Assembly (NCBI GenBank): GCA_035369485.1
Contig: DAOSMC010000001.1
Span: 2,283-66,282, forward strand
Direction: 5' to 3'
Origin: Minisyncoccota bacterium
GTDB taxonomy: Bacteria; Patescibacteriota; Minisyncoccia; UBA6257; JAAZHW01
DNA length: 64,000 bases
Shown piece by piece: positions 17,189 to 27,752 of this stretch (positions are counted from its first letter, which is position 1; each line of letters begins with the position of its first letter). Under the pieces are notes generated by a model. The model did no database searches. It worked only from the letters and a program-made list of their open reading frames with translations, and was not told the DNA's origin. The position numbers and the translations under genes were made by a program.

Positions 17189-18241
17189 ATGTTTAAAAAA
17201 TTATTAGCAAAAATGTCGCCGGGATTGGGAATTGATTTGGGTACAGCCAATTCCCTTGTTTATTTGGAGAAACAAGGGGTTGTTATTAATGAGCCGTCGG
17301 TAGTGGCTTACAATCAAAAAACGAATGAGATTTTAGCTATTGGACGTGAAGCGCAAGCGATGGTTGGACGTACGCCTCCTCATATTGTAGCAGTTCAGCC
17401 ATTGACCAATGGAGTAATTTCTGATTTTGAATTGTCGGAAGAAATGCTTCGTTATTTTTATCGTAAATTCCAAAAATCCAAATTAGGAATTTTGCCGTAT
17501 CGGCCGCGGGTGGTTATTGGTATTCCTTGTGGAATTACTGAAGTGGAAAAAAAGGCAGTAGAAGATGCAGCCTTAAATGCCGGAGCAGGCGAGGTTTATT
17601 TGGTAGAGCAAACTTTAGCAGCGGCGATCGGTAGTCATATTCCTATTTTTGAACCATCGGGCAATATTTTAGTTGATATTGGTGGAGGAACTACGGATAT
17701 CGTTGTTATTTCCCTTGGCGGTATTGTTCGTTATAAAAACTTAAAAATTGCTGGTCAAAAATTTAATGAAGACATTATAAGATATGTTAAGGACGAATAT
17801 CGTTTATTAATTGGAGAAGTGAGTGCAGAACGTGTAAAGTTGGAAATTGGATCAGCTAAAATTAATGGAATGGAAAAATTAGAAACAGTTGTCAGAGGAA
17901 GAGATTTAACCACTGGCTTACCGAAAGAAGTTACTCTAACAAGCGAAGAAGTTGCAAGGGCTTTGGATAAATCCCTGAAAGTTTTAGTGGAAGCGATTCG
18001 GTCTACCATTGAGGAAACACCACCGGAATTAGTGGCTGATATTTCTATAAAAAACATTTGGTTGTCGGGTGGAGGAAGTTTATTACACAATCTTGATCGT
18101 TTGATCGAAAATTATTGCATGATGCCGGTAAAAAGCGTTGATGATCCTTTAACGGCGACGGTGCGAGGATTGGGGATTATCGTGGAAAATTTAAAACAGT
18201 ATAAAAATATCCTTATTTATGAGCACAAAGAGAACGAATAA
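17189..18241 (+). CDS. mreB: Rod shape-determining protein MreB
   Basis: GIDLGTAN, DIGGGTTD; followed by mreC, mreD and pbp2. Confidence 0.95.
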   Translation: MFKKLLAKMSPGLGIDLGTANSLVYLEKQGVVINEPSVVAYNQKTNEILAIGREAQAMVGRTPPHIVAVQPLTNGVISDFELSEEMLRYFYRKFQKSKLGILPYRPRVVIGIPCGITEVEKKAVEDAALNAGAGEVYLVEQTLAAAIGSHIPIFEPSGNILVDIGGGTTDIVVISLGGIVRYKNLKIAGQKFNEDIIRYVKDEYRLLIGEVSAERVKLEIGSAKINGMEKLETVVRGRDLTTGLPKEVTLTSEEVARALDKSLKVLVEAIRSTIEETPPELVADISIKNIWLSGGGSLLHNLDRLIENYCMMPVKSVDDPLTATVRGLGIIVENLKQYKNILIYEHKENE

Positions 18242-19028
18242 TCTTATTGTAATTTTGTTAATTATTGCCTTTCTGGGAAGTTTTATGAGGCCAGTATTGG
18301 CTTTAGCCACTAACGAAGAAGATAGTAATAACGGAGATAAAACTTTTACCGCAAGAGCTCGAACTATTCTTTTACGTGCTGTTCAGGATATTGATAATTG
18401 GGTTAGAGGTTTGATTTATTTTAAGGAAATTCAAGAGGAAAATAATGTTTTGGTTTTTCAAAACCGAGCTTTAAAGTCTTTGTTAATTGATTATCATAAT
18501 TTAAAGTCAGAAAATGAATTATTGCGAGAGGCATTAAAAATTCACCAATCGCAAGACATTAATTTTCTTTTAGCCAACGTTATTGGTCGATCGCCTTTGA
18601 ATTTCTCTCAGACTTTTGTGATTGATGTGGGAGAGGAAGATGGAATTAAGGTGGGACAGAGTGTTGTTTGGGGAGGAAAAACTTTAATAGGAGAAATTAT
18701 TGATGTGCGAAAAAATTCTAGCACAGTTCGAGCTATTACGGATAGTGAATTTAGAGCCGCGGTTTTTGTTGGTGAAGGCCGAACTGAAGCCCTTTTCACC
18801 GGTAATGGCTTTTTACCTCCTTTTTTAGATTTGGTACCGACGAAAGAAGAAATTGCTTTAAATGAACAGGTTTATACTTCAGGTTTGGATAATAAATTTA
18901 TTCGAGGTTTGTACGTTGGAGATGTAAGTGAAATTAATAAACCCGAAGGTAAAATTTTTCAGGAAATCAAAATTACCCCGGCTTTAGATTGGACGAGCAT
19001 TTATCAAGTCTTAGTTATCGTTCATTAA
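18219..19028 (+). CDS. mreC: Rod shape-determining protein MreC
   Basis: Coiled coil ENELLREAL, IDVGEEDGIKVG, VYTSGL. Confidence 0.9.
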   Translation: MSTKRTNNLIVILLIIAFLGSFMRPVLALATNEEDSNNGDKTFTARARTILLRAVQDIDNWVRGLIYFKEIQEENNVLVFQNRALKSLLIDYHNLKSENELLREALKIHQSQDINFLLANVIGRSPLNFSQTFVIDVGEEDGIKVGQSVVWGGKTLIGEIIDVRKNSSTVRAITDSEFRAAVFVGEGRTEALFTGNGFLPPFLDLVPTKEEIALNEQVYTSGLDNKFIRGLYVGDVSEINKPEGKIFQEIKITPALDWTSIYQVLVIVH

Positions 19029-19030
19029 TA

Positions 19031-19546
19031 ATGAAAAAGATAAAACAAATTTTGCACGTTCTTACTTTTCTGTTATTTATAAGCCTTTTGGCCATTTTAC
19101 AAATAACGATTATTAATCAATATCCCATCGGAGGAGTAAAAGTAAATCTAGTTCTTATAGGATTGTTAGCTAATATTTTTAATCCTCGTTTTGGAAAGGT
19201 GGTTTTAGGTGCTGTTGTAGGAGGTCTGATTTATGATTTTGGCGGGATTTTTAATTTTATTTCTCTAATAAGTTTTTTGGTTACAATAGTAATTCTGCAT
19301 TTATGGAGTAAAAAATATTTGGTTAAAAAGAACATGTTGATGATTTTTTTCTTTGGCGCTATTGGAACAATATTTTTCAATTTTTTTTACGTGCTGTTGA
19401 GTTATTTTCTTTTTCATGCAAACTTTTTTTATTATTTTTTAAGTCTGAGACACGTTGTGGAAATATTACTTAATGGCGGAGGAGCTTTTATTTTTGCTTT
19501 AATTGGTGAGGGATTTACGCAAATAAGCCATTTATTTAAAAAATAA
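19031..19546 (+). CDS. mreD: MreD-like membrane protein
   Basis: Polytopic membrane protein between mreC and pbp2. Confidence 0.7.
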   Translation: MKKIKQILHVLTFLLFISLLAILQITIINQYPIGGVKVNLVLIGLLANIFNPRFGKVVLGAVVGGLIYDFGGIFNFISLISFLVTIVILHLWSKKYLVKKNMLMIFFFGAIGTIFFNFFYVLLSYFLFHANFFYYFLSLRHVVEILLNGGGAFIFALIGEGFTQISHLFKK

Positions 19547-21471
19547 TGAAATTAAATTTTAAGAAGAATAAAAAAGTAAAAAGAGAAAGTGATTTTTTGG
19601 AAGTAGAAGAAATTTTATTTAATAAAGAAGCGGTTTCAAAATTAAAAGAAGAAGAACTTAGTCGTTTGGAGGTTTCTATTGGGAAATGGGGGTTAAATTC
19701 GATTTTTTTGTTTGGGATTTTTCTTTTAATTTTTGCGTTAGGCTTGGTTGGTTATTTAAATTTTGCGAAAGGCGATGAATATCAACAAATTGCCCAAAAA
19801 AATGCTTTAAAATCCATTCCTATTATTGCTGATCGAGGTTTGATTTTTGATAATCATAATAGGGTTTTGGTTTACAATCAAGAAGTATTTGATTTAGTGT
19901 TTTTCCCTGCGTATTTACCTGTTGATAAAATAGAAAGAGAAAAGATATTAAAAAAAATTGAAGAAAAACCAGAAATTGCAGCGGCTATTAATAAAGAAAA
20001 TTTAGAAGAAGATGACCCTTTAGAGAGTATTATTTTACAAAGCAATTTAAGTCGCGAAGAGGCTATTAGATGGGAAAGCTATTTTGCTGGTTATTCAGCA
20101 GTTCAAGTTATTAGGCAAAACTTACGCCAATATACTTCACCACTTGCTTTTAGTCATATTTTAGGTTATGTGGGTCGCGTATCGGCTGAAGATATTCAGA
20201 AAAATCCACTTTATAGTAATTTTGTGAAAATTGGCAAAGCTGGTCTCGAATCTTTTTATGAAGATAATTTACGCGGTCAAGACGGAGAAATTAAAGTACT
20301 AAGAAATGCTTATATGGAAATTTTAGGGCAGAGCGTCGTTAAAGAGCCGGTGGCGGGTAATAATCTTTATTTAACGATTGATGCCGATCTCCAAGAATAC
20401 AGCTATAAAACTCTTGCTCGACAGATTGATAATTTAGGGAAAGAAAGAGGCGGCGTAGTAATTGTTTCTGACCCGCAGAGTGGAGAAATCCTTTCATTAG
20501 TTAGCTACCCAGGTTATGATATCAATAGTTTGTCAAAGGGTATTACCCAGAAAGAATTTGAAACATTAATCAATTCAAAAGTTACTCCTCTTTTTAATCG
20601 AACGGTTTCTGGTCTTTATAATCCAGGTTCAACAATCAAACCAATCATCGCCATTGCTGCTTTAGAAGAAAACATCATCGATCCTTTTAAAAAAATAGAA
20701 ACGCACGGCTATATTACTATTCCTAATCCTTATTTTCCTGATCGGCCATCTATTTTTGTTGATTGGCGTAATAATGGTGTTGTAAACATGCAAGATGCAA
20801 TTGCTCGATCCAGCAACGTTTATTTTTATATTATTGGTGGTGGTTATGAAGATTTTGTTGGATTGGGCATTGAGCGAATTAGAAATTATTTAGAAAAATT
20901 TCAATTTAATCTAGTAACCGGTATTGATTTACCAGCAGAAAAAGTTAGCAATATTCCTGATGAAAAGAGTAAAAACCCCTGGCGTATAGGTGACACCTAC
21001 AATGTTTCTATTGGCCAGGGCGATTTATTAACAACACCGATAAGATTAATAACGAGTTTAAACGTTATGATTAACGGTGGAAAAATTTTGCGGCCGTATC
21101 TTTTAGATCACATTGCTGATAATAATCAGCGGACAATTTTTCAAAACGAAATACAAGTAGCAAAAGATAATTTTCTAAACTCCAAAAACATAGAGATTGT
21201 AAAAGAAGGAATGCGAAAAACGGTTACGAGTCCTTTAGGCACGGCGCATACTCTTATCGATTTACCATTTAGTGTTGGAGGAAAAAGCGGCAGCGCTCAA
21301 ACATCAGGTAATACAAAAACCAATGCCTTATTTTATGCTTTTGCTCCGTATGACGATCCACAGATTTCCGTTTTAATTTTAATTGAAGATGTACCGGAAG
21401 GTTCTTTAAATGCTATTCCAGTAGCAAAAGATATTTTAATGTGGTATTATAAAAATAGAGGTTTTAAATAA
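19546..21471 (+). CDS. mrdA: Penicillin-binding protein 2
   Basis: RGLIFD, PGSTIK (SxxK), SSN (SxN), KSG. Confidence 0.93.
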   Translation: MKLNFKKNKKVKRESDFLEVEEILFNKEAVSKLKEEELSRLEVSIGKWGLNSIFLFGIFLLIFALGLVGYLNFAKGDEYQQIAQKNALKSIPIIADRGLIFDNHNRVLVYNQEVFDLVFFPAYLPVDKIEREKILKKIEEKPEIAAAINKENLEEDDPLESIILQSNLSREEAIRWESYFAGYSAVQVIRQNLRQYTSPLAFSHILGYVGRVSAEDIQKNPLYSNFVKIGKAGLESFYEDNLRGQDGEIKVLRNAYMEILGQSVVKEPVAGNNLYLTIDADLQEYSYKTLARQIDNLGKERGGVVIVSDPQSGEILSLVSYPGYDINSLSKGITQKEFETLINSKVTPLFNRTVSGLYNPGSTIKPIIAIAALEENIIDPFKKIETHGYITIPNPYFPDRPSIFVDWRNNGVVNMQDAIARSSNVYFYIIGGGYEDFVGLGIERIRNYLEKFQFNLVTGIDLPAEKVSNIPDEKSKNPWRIGDTYNVSIGQGDLLTTPIRLITSLNVMINGGKILRPYLLDHIADNNQRTIFQNEIQVAKDNFLNSKNIEIVKEGMRKTVTSPLGTAHTLIDLPFSVGGKSGSAQTSGNTKTNALFYAFAPYDDPQISVLILIEDVPEGSLNAIPVAKDILMWYYKNRGFK

Positions 21472-21624
21472 TTAATGTCTTAATCGATATCTTAAATTTT
21501 AAAATCTAACCTCAAATAATTTTAAAGGCATTAAAAATTATAAAATTATTTCGGTGATGCTTTTAGAATAACAATTGGATTGAAAGCCGCGGGATTCATC
21601 TATTAGATTTTGTTTTTGGATGCT

Positions 21625-21662
21625 GCGCGGTGGCGATTTTCTTTAGAAAATCGCCACCGCGC
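21625..21662. repeat. Palindrome family A copy 6
   Basis: GCGCGGTGGCGATTTTCT-TT-AGAAAATCGCCACCGCGC, with compensatory T/A change. Confidence 0.88.
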
Positions 21663-21705
21663 CGCTTCATCTCTAGTCGTTTATTACTTTTAGATTTAAT
21701 ATTTC

Positions 21706-22179
21706 ATGAATAATATGCCCCCAGTTTATTTAAGCAAAGAAAAATATGAAGAGTTATGTCGTGAACTTGAAGCACGGAAAACGACTATTCGGCAAAAAAT
21801 AGCCGCTGATTTAAAGCATGCTAAAGACCTAGGAGATTTATCCGAAAACGCCGCTTATACAGAAGCCAAAGATGCAAAAGAAAAAAACGATCGTCGAATT
21901 GATGAACTAGAAAATATTCTTGCTCATTGCGAAATTATTGAAAAATCACAAAAAAATGATAGAGTTTATATAGGAGCTAAAGTGAAAATTCAAGACGAAA
22001 AAGGAGAGATTTTCGAATATCAAATTGTTGGCCCAGAAGAAAGTGATCCATTTAAAAACCTGATTTCTTACAGATCGCCATTAGGAATGGAGTTGATGGA
22101 TAAAAAAGAAGGAGATTGGATTAAAATTCAAAGCCCCAATCAAACGATCAAAAAATATAAAATTATCTCTATTGATTAA
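21706..22179 (+). CDS. greA: Transcription elongation factor GreA
   Basis: GDLSENAAY, ISYRSPLG. Confidence 0.96.
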   Translation: MNNMPPVYLSKEKYEELCRELEARKTTIRQKIAADLKHAKDLGDLSENAAYTEAKDAKEKNDRRIDELENILAHCEIIEKSQKNDRVYIGAKVKIQDEKGEIFEYQIVGPEESDPFKNLISYRSPLGMELMDKKEGDWIKIQSPNQTIKKYKIISID

Positions 22180-22183
22180 AATT

Positions 22184-23662
22184 ATGTCAACAGCTGATCA
22201 GGTTAAAAAAATAAGAATTGCAAAAATAAAAGAATTAAAAAAACAAGGCAAGGAAGTGTATCCCAGTCATTGTTTTCGTAACCAATCAATTAGTAATATT
22301 TTGAATAATTTTTATTCTTGGAGTATTGCAAAAAAGAAAATTTGGGTAGGAGGAAGAATAATGAGTATTCGTTTTCATGGCGGAATAGCATTTGCCGATT
22401 TGTGGGATGCCAGCGGGCATTTACAGATTGTTTTTAAAAAAGAGGAAACAAAAAATTTTGAACTTCTCAATCAATACTTGGATGTAAGCGATTTTATTGA
22501 AGTAAGAGGTTTTCCTTTCAAAACGGAAAGAGGGGAAAAAAGTTTATTAGTTCAAGAGTGGCGTATTTTAGCAAAAAGCTTAAAGCCCATTCCTTCAGAA
22601 TGGTATGGTTTAAAAGACACCGAAGAACGCTTTCGGCGTCGCTATCTTGATTTAATTTTAAACGAGGAAGTAAAAAAGCGCTTTGAAACTCGCTCGAGAA
22701 TTATTAAAGCAATGAGAGGCTTTTTTGATAAGGAAGGTTTTATGGAAGTGGAAACGCCTATTTTACAAACATTGGCCGGCGGAGCCGCTGCGTGTCCATT
22801 CAAAACAAAACTTAATATTTTGAATATGCCACTTTATCTTCGCATTGCACCAGAATTATATTTGAAACGATTAATTGTTGGTGGTTTTGAAAAGATTTTT
22901 GAAATTGGTAAGAATTTTCGCAACGAGGGTATTGATAAAACTCATAATCCAGAATTTACAATGATGGAGCTTTATTGGGCCTATGCTGATTATGAAGATA
23001 TGATGGATTTTATTGAACAGCTTTTTGTTTATATTCTCAAAAACGCCTTGCCTCAAACAAAAGACCCCATGCTCATTAATTTTAATGGTCAATTAATTAA
23101 TTTTACTCCACCATGGCCACGCAAAAAATTTTTAGATTTAATTGAAGAAGAAACAAGCCTAAAACCGTTAGCAACAAAGAGTCAAACATGGAGAGCGTTT
23201 CTTCAAACTCAAGGAGTAACAATAACAGAAGAAATAAAAAAGATGGATGAGTGGGGGTTGATGGATGAAGTTTATAAAAAAGTTTGTTTAGAAAAATTAA
23301 CTCAGCCCACTTTTGTTACCCATCATCCCATTGTTTTATCGCCATTAGCAAAATTGAGCAAAGACAATTTGAATGAAACAGAAAGATTTCAGTTGGTTGC
23401 TGGCGGAATCGAATTGGTTAATGGTTATTCAGAATTAAATGACCCCTTAGAGCAAGCGGAACGTTTTAAAAAACAAGAACAACGAAGAAAAGCGGGGAAT
23501 AAAGAAGCATCGCCCTATGATAAAGATTTTATAGAAGCATTGGAATATGGAATGCCACCCACAGCAGGCGTTGGTATTGGCATTGATCGATTGGTTATGC
23601 TTTTAACCAATGCACCATCTATCAAAGAGGTCATCTTTTTCCCTTTTATGAAAAATAAATAA
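22184..23662 (+). CDS. lysS: Lysine--tRNA ligase (class II)
   Basis: YLRIAPELYLKRL, FRNEGID..HNPEF, ALEYGMPP. Confidence 0.97.
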   Translation: MSTADQVKKIRIAKIKELKKQGKEVYPSHCFRNQSISNILNNFYSWSIAKKKIWVGGRIMSIRFHGGIAFADLWDASGHLQIVFKKEETKNFELLNQYLDVSDFIEVRGFPFKTERGEKSLLVQEWRILAKSLKPIPSEWYGLKDTEERFRRRYLDLILNEEVKKRFETRSRIIKAMRGFFDKEGFMEVETPILQTLAGGAAACPFKTKLNILNMPLYLRIAPELYLKRLIVGGFEKIFEIGKNFRNEGIDKTHNPEFTMMELYWAYADYEDMMDFIEQLFVYILKNALPQTKDPMLINFNGQLINFTPPWPRKKFLDLIEEETSLKPLATKSQTWRAFLQTQGVTITEEIKKMDEWGLMDEVYKKVCLEKLTQPTFVTHHPIVLSPLAKLSKDNLNETERFQLVAGGIELVNGYSELNDPLEQAERFKKQEQRRKAGNKEASPYDKDFIEALEYGMPPTAGVGIGIDRLVMLLTNAPSIKEVIFFPFMKNK

Positions 23663-23666
23663 AAAT

Positions 23667-24899
23667 ATGCTTACAGATTTATTAAAAAAAATTAGAGAAA
23701 ATCCTCAATTATATAAAGAAGGAATTGCAAAGAAAAATTGCAACGTCGAAATTATTGATAAAATTTTAGCAATTGACAAAGAATATCGTAGTAATTTAGC
23801 AGAAGTGGAATTTTTGAGAGCTCATTTAAATGAGTTGTCACAAAATGCTAAATTTAGCCAAGATCATTTAGAGCAAGCGCGAGCTACTAAACAGCGTATT
23901 AAAGATTTGGAAAGGGAATTAACACCAATAGAAAATGACTTAGATAAATTACTTTATCAGATTCCTAATTTACCGTTTGAGGATGTTCCATTAGGGAAAG
24001 ACGAGAGTGAAAATAAAGTATTACGAGAAGTGGGGAAAAGGCCAAAATTTAAATTTGAACCTCAAGATTATTTAACGCTAACAGAAGATAAGTGGATTGA
24101 TACTAAAAGAGCTGCTAAAGTAGCGGGAACGCGCTTCGGATATTTAAAAAATGAGGCAGTGCTTTTGGAATATGCGTTAGTAAGATGGGTAATGAATTCT
24201 CTTAAAGAAAAAGGATTTGTGCCAATAGTCCCGCCTGCTTTTATTTCTTCTAAGGCTATGAAGGGGATGGGTTATATTGATAATGAAAAAGATTTGGCGG
24301 AACGTTATTATTTTCCTCAAGATGATTTATTTTTGATTGGTACAGCCGAGCAAGCAGTTGGTCCGATGCATATGGACGAAGTTTTAGAAGAAAAAGAGTT
24401 GCCTTTGCGCTATATTGCTTTTTCGCCGTGCTTTAGAAGAGAAGCTGGTTCTTATGGAAAAGATACCAAAGGAATTTGGCGCGTACATTATTTTGAAAAA
24501 TTGGAAATGTTTATTTTTTGTAAACCAGAACAATCTGAAGAAGAGCATCAGCTTATTTTAGCTATTGAAGAGGAGTTGATGCAAAAATTGGGATTGCCTT
24601 ATCGTGTTATTCAATTGTGTACGGGCGATTTGTCAAATCCTTCGGCTAAATCTTTTGATATTGAAGCATGGTTGCCGAGTCAGAATCGATACGCCGAGAC
24701 TCATTCGTGCAGTAATTGCACAGACTTCCAATCTCGGCGATTAAATATTCGCTATCGATCCAAAGATGGTTTGCAATTCGTGCACACTCTTAATGGAACG
24801 GCGTTTGCTATTGGCAGAATCATCGTTGCAATTATAGAGAATTATCAACAAGCAGATGGTTCAATTAAGATTCCTGAGGTTTTAGAACAATATCTTTAA
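23667..24899 (+). CDS. serS: Serine--tRNA ligase
   Basis: GTAEQ, CFRREAGSYGKDTKG, SCSNCTDFQSRR, HTLNGT. Confidence 0.97.
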   Translation: MLTDLLKKIRENPQLYKEGIAKKNCNVEIIDKILAIDKEYRSNLAEVEFLRAHLNELSQNAKFSQDHLEQARATKQRIKDLERELTPIENDLDKLLYQIPNLPFEDVPLGKDESENKVLREVGKRPKFKFEPQDYLTLTEDKWIDTKRAAKVAGTRFGYLKNEAVLLEYALVRWVMNSLKEKGFVPIVPPAFISSKAMKGMGYIDNEKDLAERYYFPQDDLFLIGTAEQAVGPMHMDEVLEEKELPLRYIAFSPCFRREAGSYGKDTKGIWRVHYFEKLEMFIFCKPEQSEEEHQLILAIEEELMQKLGLPYRVIQLCTGDLSNPSAKSFDIEAWLPSQNRYAETHSCSNCTDFQSRRLNIRYRSKDGLQFVHTLNGTAFAIGRIIVAIIENYQQADGSIKIPEVLEQYL

Positions 24900-24914
24900 T
24901 ATCATATTTATGTT

Positions 24915-25718
24915 ATGCCTTATCGACTTACATCTTATAAATTAAGGCAGATTCAAAAGAAAAAACAAAGAAGGCGAACTATTTTTGTTATCATTATTAT
25001 TGTTCTCTTCATTTGTTGCCTCGGCGGGATATTATTTTTTTCACCTCTTTTTCAAATCAACAGCATAGCTATTAATTCTACTCATTTTGTTAAAATGAGC
25101 GATATTTTTCAGAAAGCAACCGAGCAGTTTAAGGATCAAAAACTGTTTAATTTAATAACCGTTCCGGCTAACCTCATTCTTTTTACTCAAGCTGATTGTA
25201 AGGCTATTGAAAAATATTTCGTGGCTTTGGATTCTGTTGACTGCCAAAAAATTTATATTGCTAAAATGCTTAAAATTGAAGCGCGAGAAAAACAACAAAT
25301 AGGAATCCTTTGTTCTGATTCGGTAATTAAAAACCATGGAAATTGTTTGTATTTTGATCAAAACGGTATCGTATTTGCTCTAGCCGAAGAAGACGATGAT
25401 TTTGATCATTCTCTTATTGCGATGCAAGATGTTACTAATCGCATTTATCAATTAGGTGATAAAATTATTTCCTATGATTTTTCGCCTGTGGTAAAAATAA
25501 AAGACATTTTGGCGAATCATCAATTAATATTGAATAAAATAGAAATTGATGATCATGATGTGGTTTATTTTTTTGAAAACGGATTTAAATTGTTAATTTC
25601 TCAAGAAAAATTAAAAGAGACAGCGAATATTTTACCTCGTTTATTAGAAATAGAATTCGATTTACAAAAATTAGAGTATTTAGATCTACGCTTTTTGCCA
25701 AAGATGTATTATAAGTAG
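24915..25718 (+). CDS. FtsQ/DivIB-like cell division protein
   Basis: Basic N-terminus, TM helix, SPLFQI POTRA-like start, C-terminal YLDLRF. Confidence 0.7.
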   Translation: MPYRLTSYKLRQIQKKKQRRRTIFVIIIIVLFICCLGGILFFSPLFQINSIAINSTHFVKMSDIFQKATEQFKDQKLFNLITVPANLILFTQADCKAIEKYFVALDSVDCQKIYIAKMLKIEAREKQQIGILCSDSVIKNHGNCLYFDQNGIVFALAEEDDDFDHSLIAMQDVTNRIYQLGDKIISYDFSPVVKIKDILANHQLILNKIEIDDHDVVYFFENGFKLLISQEKLKETANILPRLLEIEFDLQKLEYLDLRFLPKMYYK

Positions 25719-25754
25719 ATTGAAAGATTAGAGTGATAAAGATAGGGTTTTTAA

Positions 25755-25793
25755 GGGGCGACGAAAATTTTCTTTGAAAATTTTCGTCGCCCC
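25755..25793. repeat. Palindrome family A copy 7 (between convergent ftsQ-like and comF)
   Basis: GGGGCGACGAAAATTTTC-TTT-GAAAATTTTCGTCGCCCC, with compensatory A/T changes. Confidence 0.9.
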
Positions 25794-25804
25794 GTCCGTC
25801 GCAT

Positions 25805-26542
25805 TTATTTTCTTGATTTAGCCACTGTTAAGCCAATGATTTTTTTAGAGCCATTTTGTTTTAAAACTCGCGCAGCCTCTTGCATTGTAGCACCAGAAGT
25901 AAAGACGTCATCTATAAGAATGATATTCTTGTTTTTTAAGGAATTTTTATCCTTAACTTCAAAAGCATTTTTGAGATTTAAGTGGCGTTCCTCATAATTA
26001 TCAAGTTTTGCTTGAGGATGTGTATTTTTTTGGCGTATTAAAATTTCACTATTTATTTCTAATTGAAAATAGTTAGCAAAAATTTTAGCTATTTCTTCGC
26101 TTTGATTAAATCCGCGTTCTTTGAAGCGTTGACGCGAAAGAGGAATGGCGATGACGATTGCTCCAGAAAATTGTTTTTTAAGATCAGGCCATATTTTTTC
26201 CCAGTAGTTAATGACGATGTTGCCGAGTGTATGGCGAATGTCTTTAACAAACTGATATTTGTAAAGATGAATAAGTTTTTGGACGAGAGGATTTTCATAG
26301 TCAGTAGCCGAAGCAATAAAATCCAGAGGGGAATAATTATTGGAGTGGGAACATTTTTTGAATTGGCCAATTCTTTTGAGACAAATAGGGCAGAATAATG
26401 ATGAGTATAGAGGAATGGTTTTTAGGCAATTTTCACAAAGATAGAGACCGCTTTCGTTTTTAATAAAAGCGCCGCAATTTAAACAAAAAATTGGGAAAAG
26501 GCAATCATAGATTAAATTTTTTATTTTGATTATTTTATTCAT
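25805..26542 (-). CDS. comF: Competence protein ComF (phosphoribosyltransferase fold)
   Basis: N-terminal CxxC zinc motifs, RGFNQS, LIDDVFTSGAT. Confidence 0.93.
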   Translation of the reverse strand: MNKIIKIKNLIYDCLFPIFCLNCGAFIKNESGLYLCENCLKTIPLYSSLFCPICLKRIGQFKKCSHSNNYSPLDFIASATDYENPLVQKLIHLYKYQFVKDIRHTLGNIVINYWEKIWPDLKKQFSGAIVIAIPLSRQRFKERGFNQSEEIAKIFANYFQLEINSEILIRQKNTHPQAKLDNYEERHLNLKNAFEVKDKNSLKNKNIILIDDVFTSGATMQEAARVLKQNGSKKIIGLTVAKSRK

Positions 26543-26551
26543 TGTGGATAA
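26543..26551 (-). promoter_or_regulatory. Consensus DnaA box abutting the comF start codon
   Basis: TTATCCACA immediately 5' of the ATG on the minus strand. Confidence 0.4.
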
Positions 26552-26627
26552 GTATAACTTGTTGCTTCCAACTATCTTTTAAATTATAATATAATAAAAG
26601 AGAAAATTAATTCTAGAAATAAATTTT

Positions 26628-27668
26628 ATGCGCACTTTAGGAATTGATATTGGGACAACTAATATAAAAGCAGTGGAACTTTCTGGGACACTGAATAATA
26701 TAATTTTAGAGAATTATGGTATTTTAGAAACTTACGGTTATTTAGAGCGTAGCAATGCTGCTATTCAAACGAATTATTTTAAACTTGTTGAAGAAATAAC
26801 AACAGAATTATTAAGGCAATTATTTTCAGCGTTCAAACCTAAAACAAAAAGAGCATTTTTTTCATTGCCTGTGTTTTCTAGTTTTATTACGAATTTCGAT
26901 TTGCCATTTACTAATAATAAAGAAATTGTTCAAGCAGTTCCTTTTGAAGCTAAAAAATATATCCCATTACCGTTGGAGGAATTAGAAATTAATTGGATGG
27001 TGATAGCAAAAGCTGCAGATGGAAGAAAAGAAAAAAGCAGAATTGTTTTGGTGGCAACACCAAAGGAATTGATTCAAAAATATCAACACATTGCTCAAAC
27101 ACTCGGATTAAATCTGATGGGTTGGGAAATCGAAGGATTTTCTTTAGCCCGAACGCTTGTGGCAGATGATAAAACGCCAACATTAATAGTTGATATTGGC
27201 ACTCAGGTTACAAATCTTTTTGTAGTAGATAACACTTTTTTGGTTAATTTCGAAAGTTTAAATATTGGAGGTGCTGAAATCACTCATATTATTAGTCAAA
27301 GTTTAGGCGTTACTCAAGAACGAGCAGAAGAGTTTAAAAAAATTAAAGGATTCAAAGTTAATCCAGAAGAAATGGGTGTTGTTAATGTATTGATGCCAAT
27401 TGTGGATAATTTTGGGAATGAAATTTTAAGAATGATTGATATCTATCGCGAAAAAAATAATCGTCAAATAGAAAAAGTCATTCTTACAGGAGGAACGGCT
27501 AATATGCCAGGATTAACCGAGTATTTTACTGAATTTTTGAATTTGCCAGTAGAAAAAGCATGGCCATTTAAGCAGATAAAATACCAACAGTTTTTAGAGC
27601 CGCTTTTAAGGGATACAGCTCCATTTTTAAGCATAGCGACTGGTGTGGCAATGAAGGGCTTGGAATAG
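26628..27668 (+). CDS. pilM: Type IV pilus assembly protein PilM
   Basis: GIDIGTTNIKAVEL, EAKKYIP, VDIG, ILTGG. Confidence 0.92.
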   Translation: MRTLGIDIGTTNIKAVELSGTLNNIILENYGILETYGYLERSNAAIQTNYFKLVEEITTELLRQLFSAFKPKTKRAFFSLPVFSSFITNFDLPFTNNKEIVQAVPFEAKKYIPLPLEELEINWMVIAKAADGRKEKSRIVLVATPKELIQKYQHIAQTLGLNLMGWEIEGFSLARTLVADDKTPTLIVDIGTQVTNLFVVDNTFLVNFESLNIGGAEITHIISQSLGVTQERAEEFKKIKGFKVNPEEMGVVNVLMPIVDNFGNEILRMIDIYREKNNRQIEKVILTGGTANMPGLTEYFTEFLNLPVEKAWPFKQIKYQQFLEPLLRDTAPFLSIATGVAMKGLE

Positions 27669-27752
27669 TTGTGAAAAAGGATTATAATAAAAATTAGAGG
27701 GGGAGTTGCATTTGGAGATTTAAAATATAAAGGTTATAATAAAAGAAATAAT

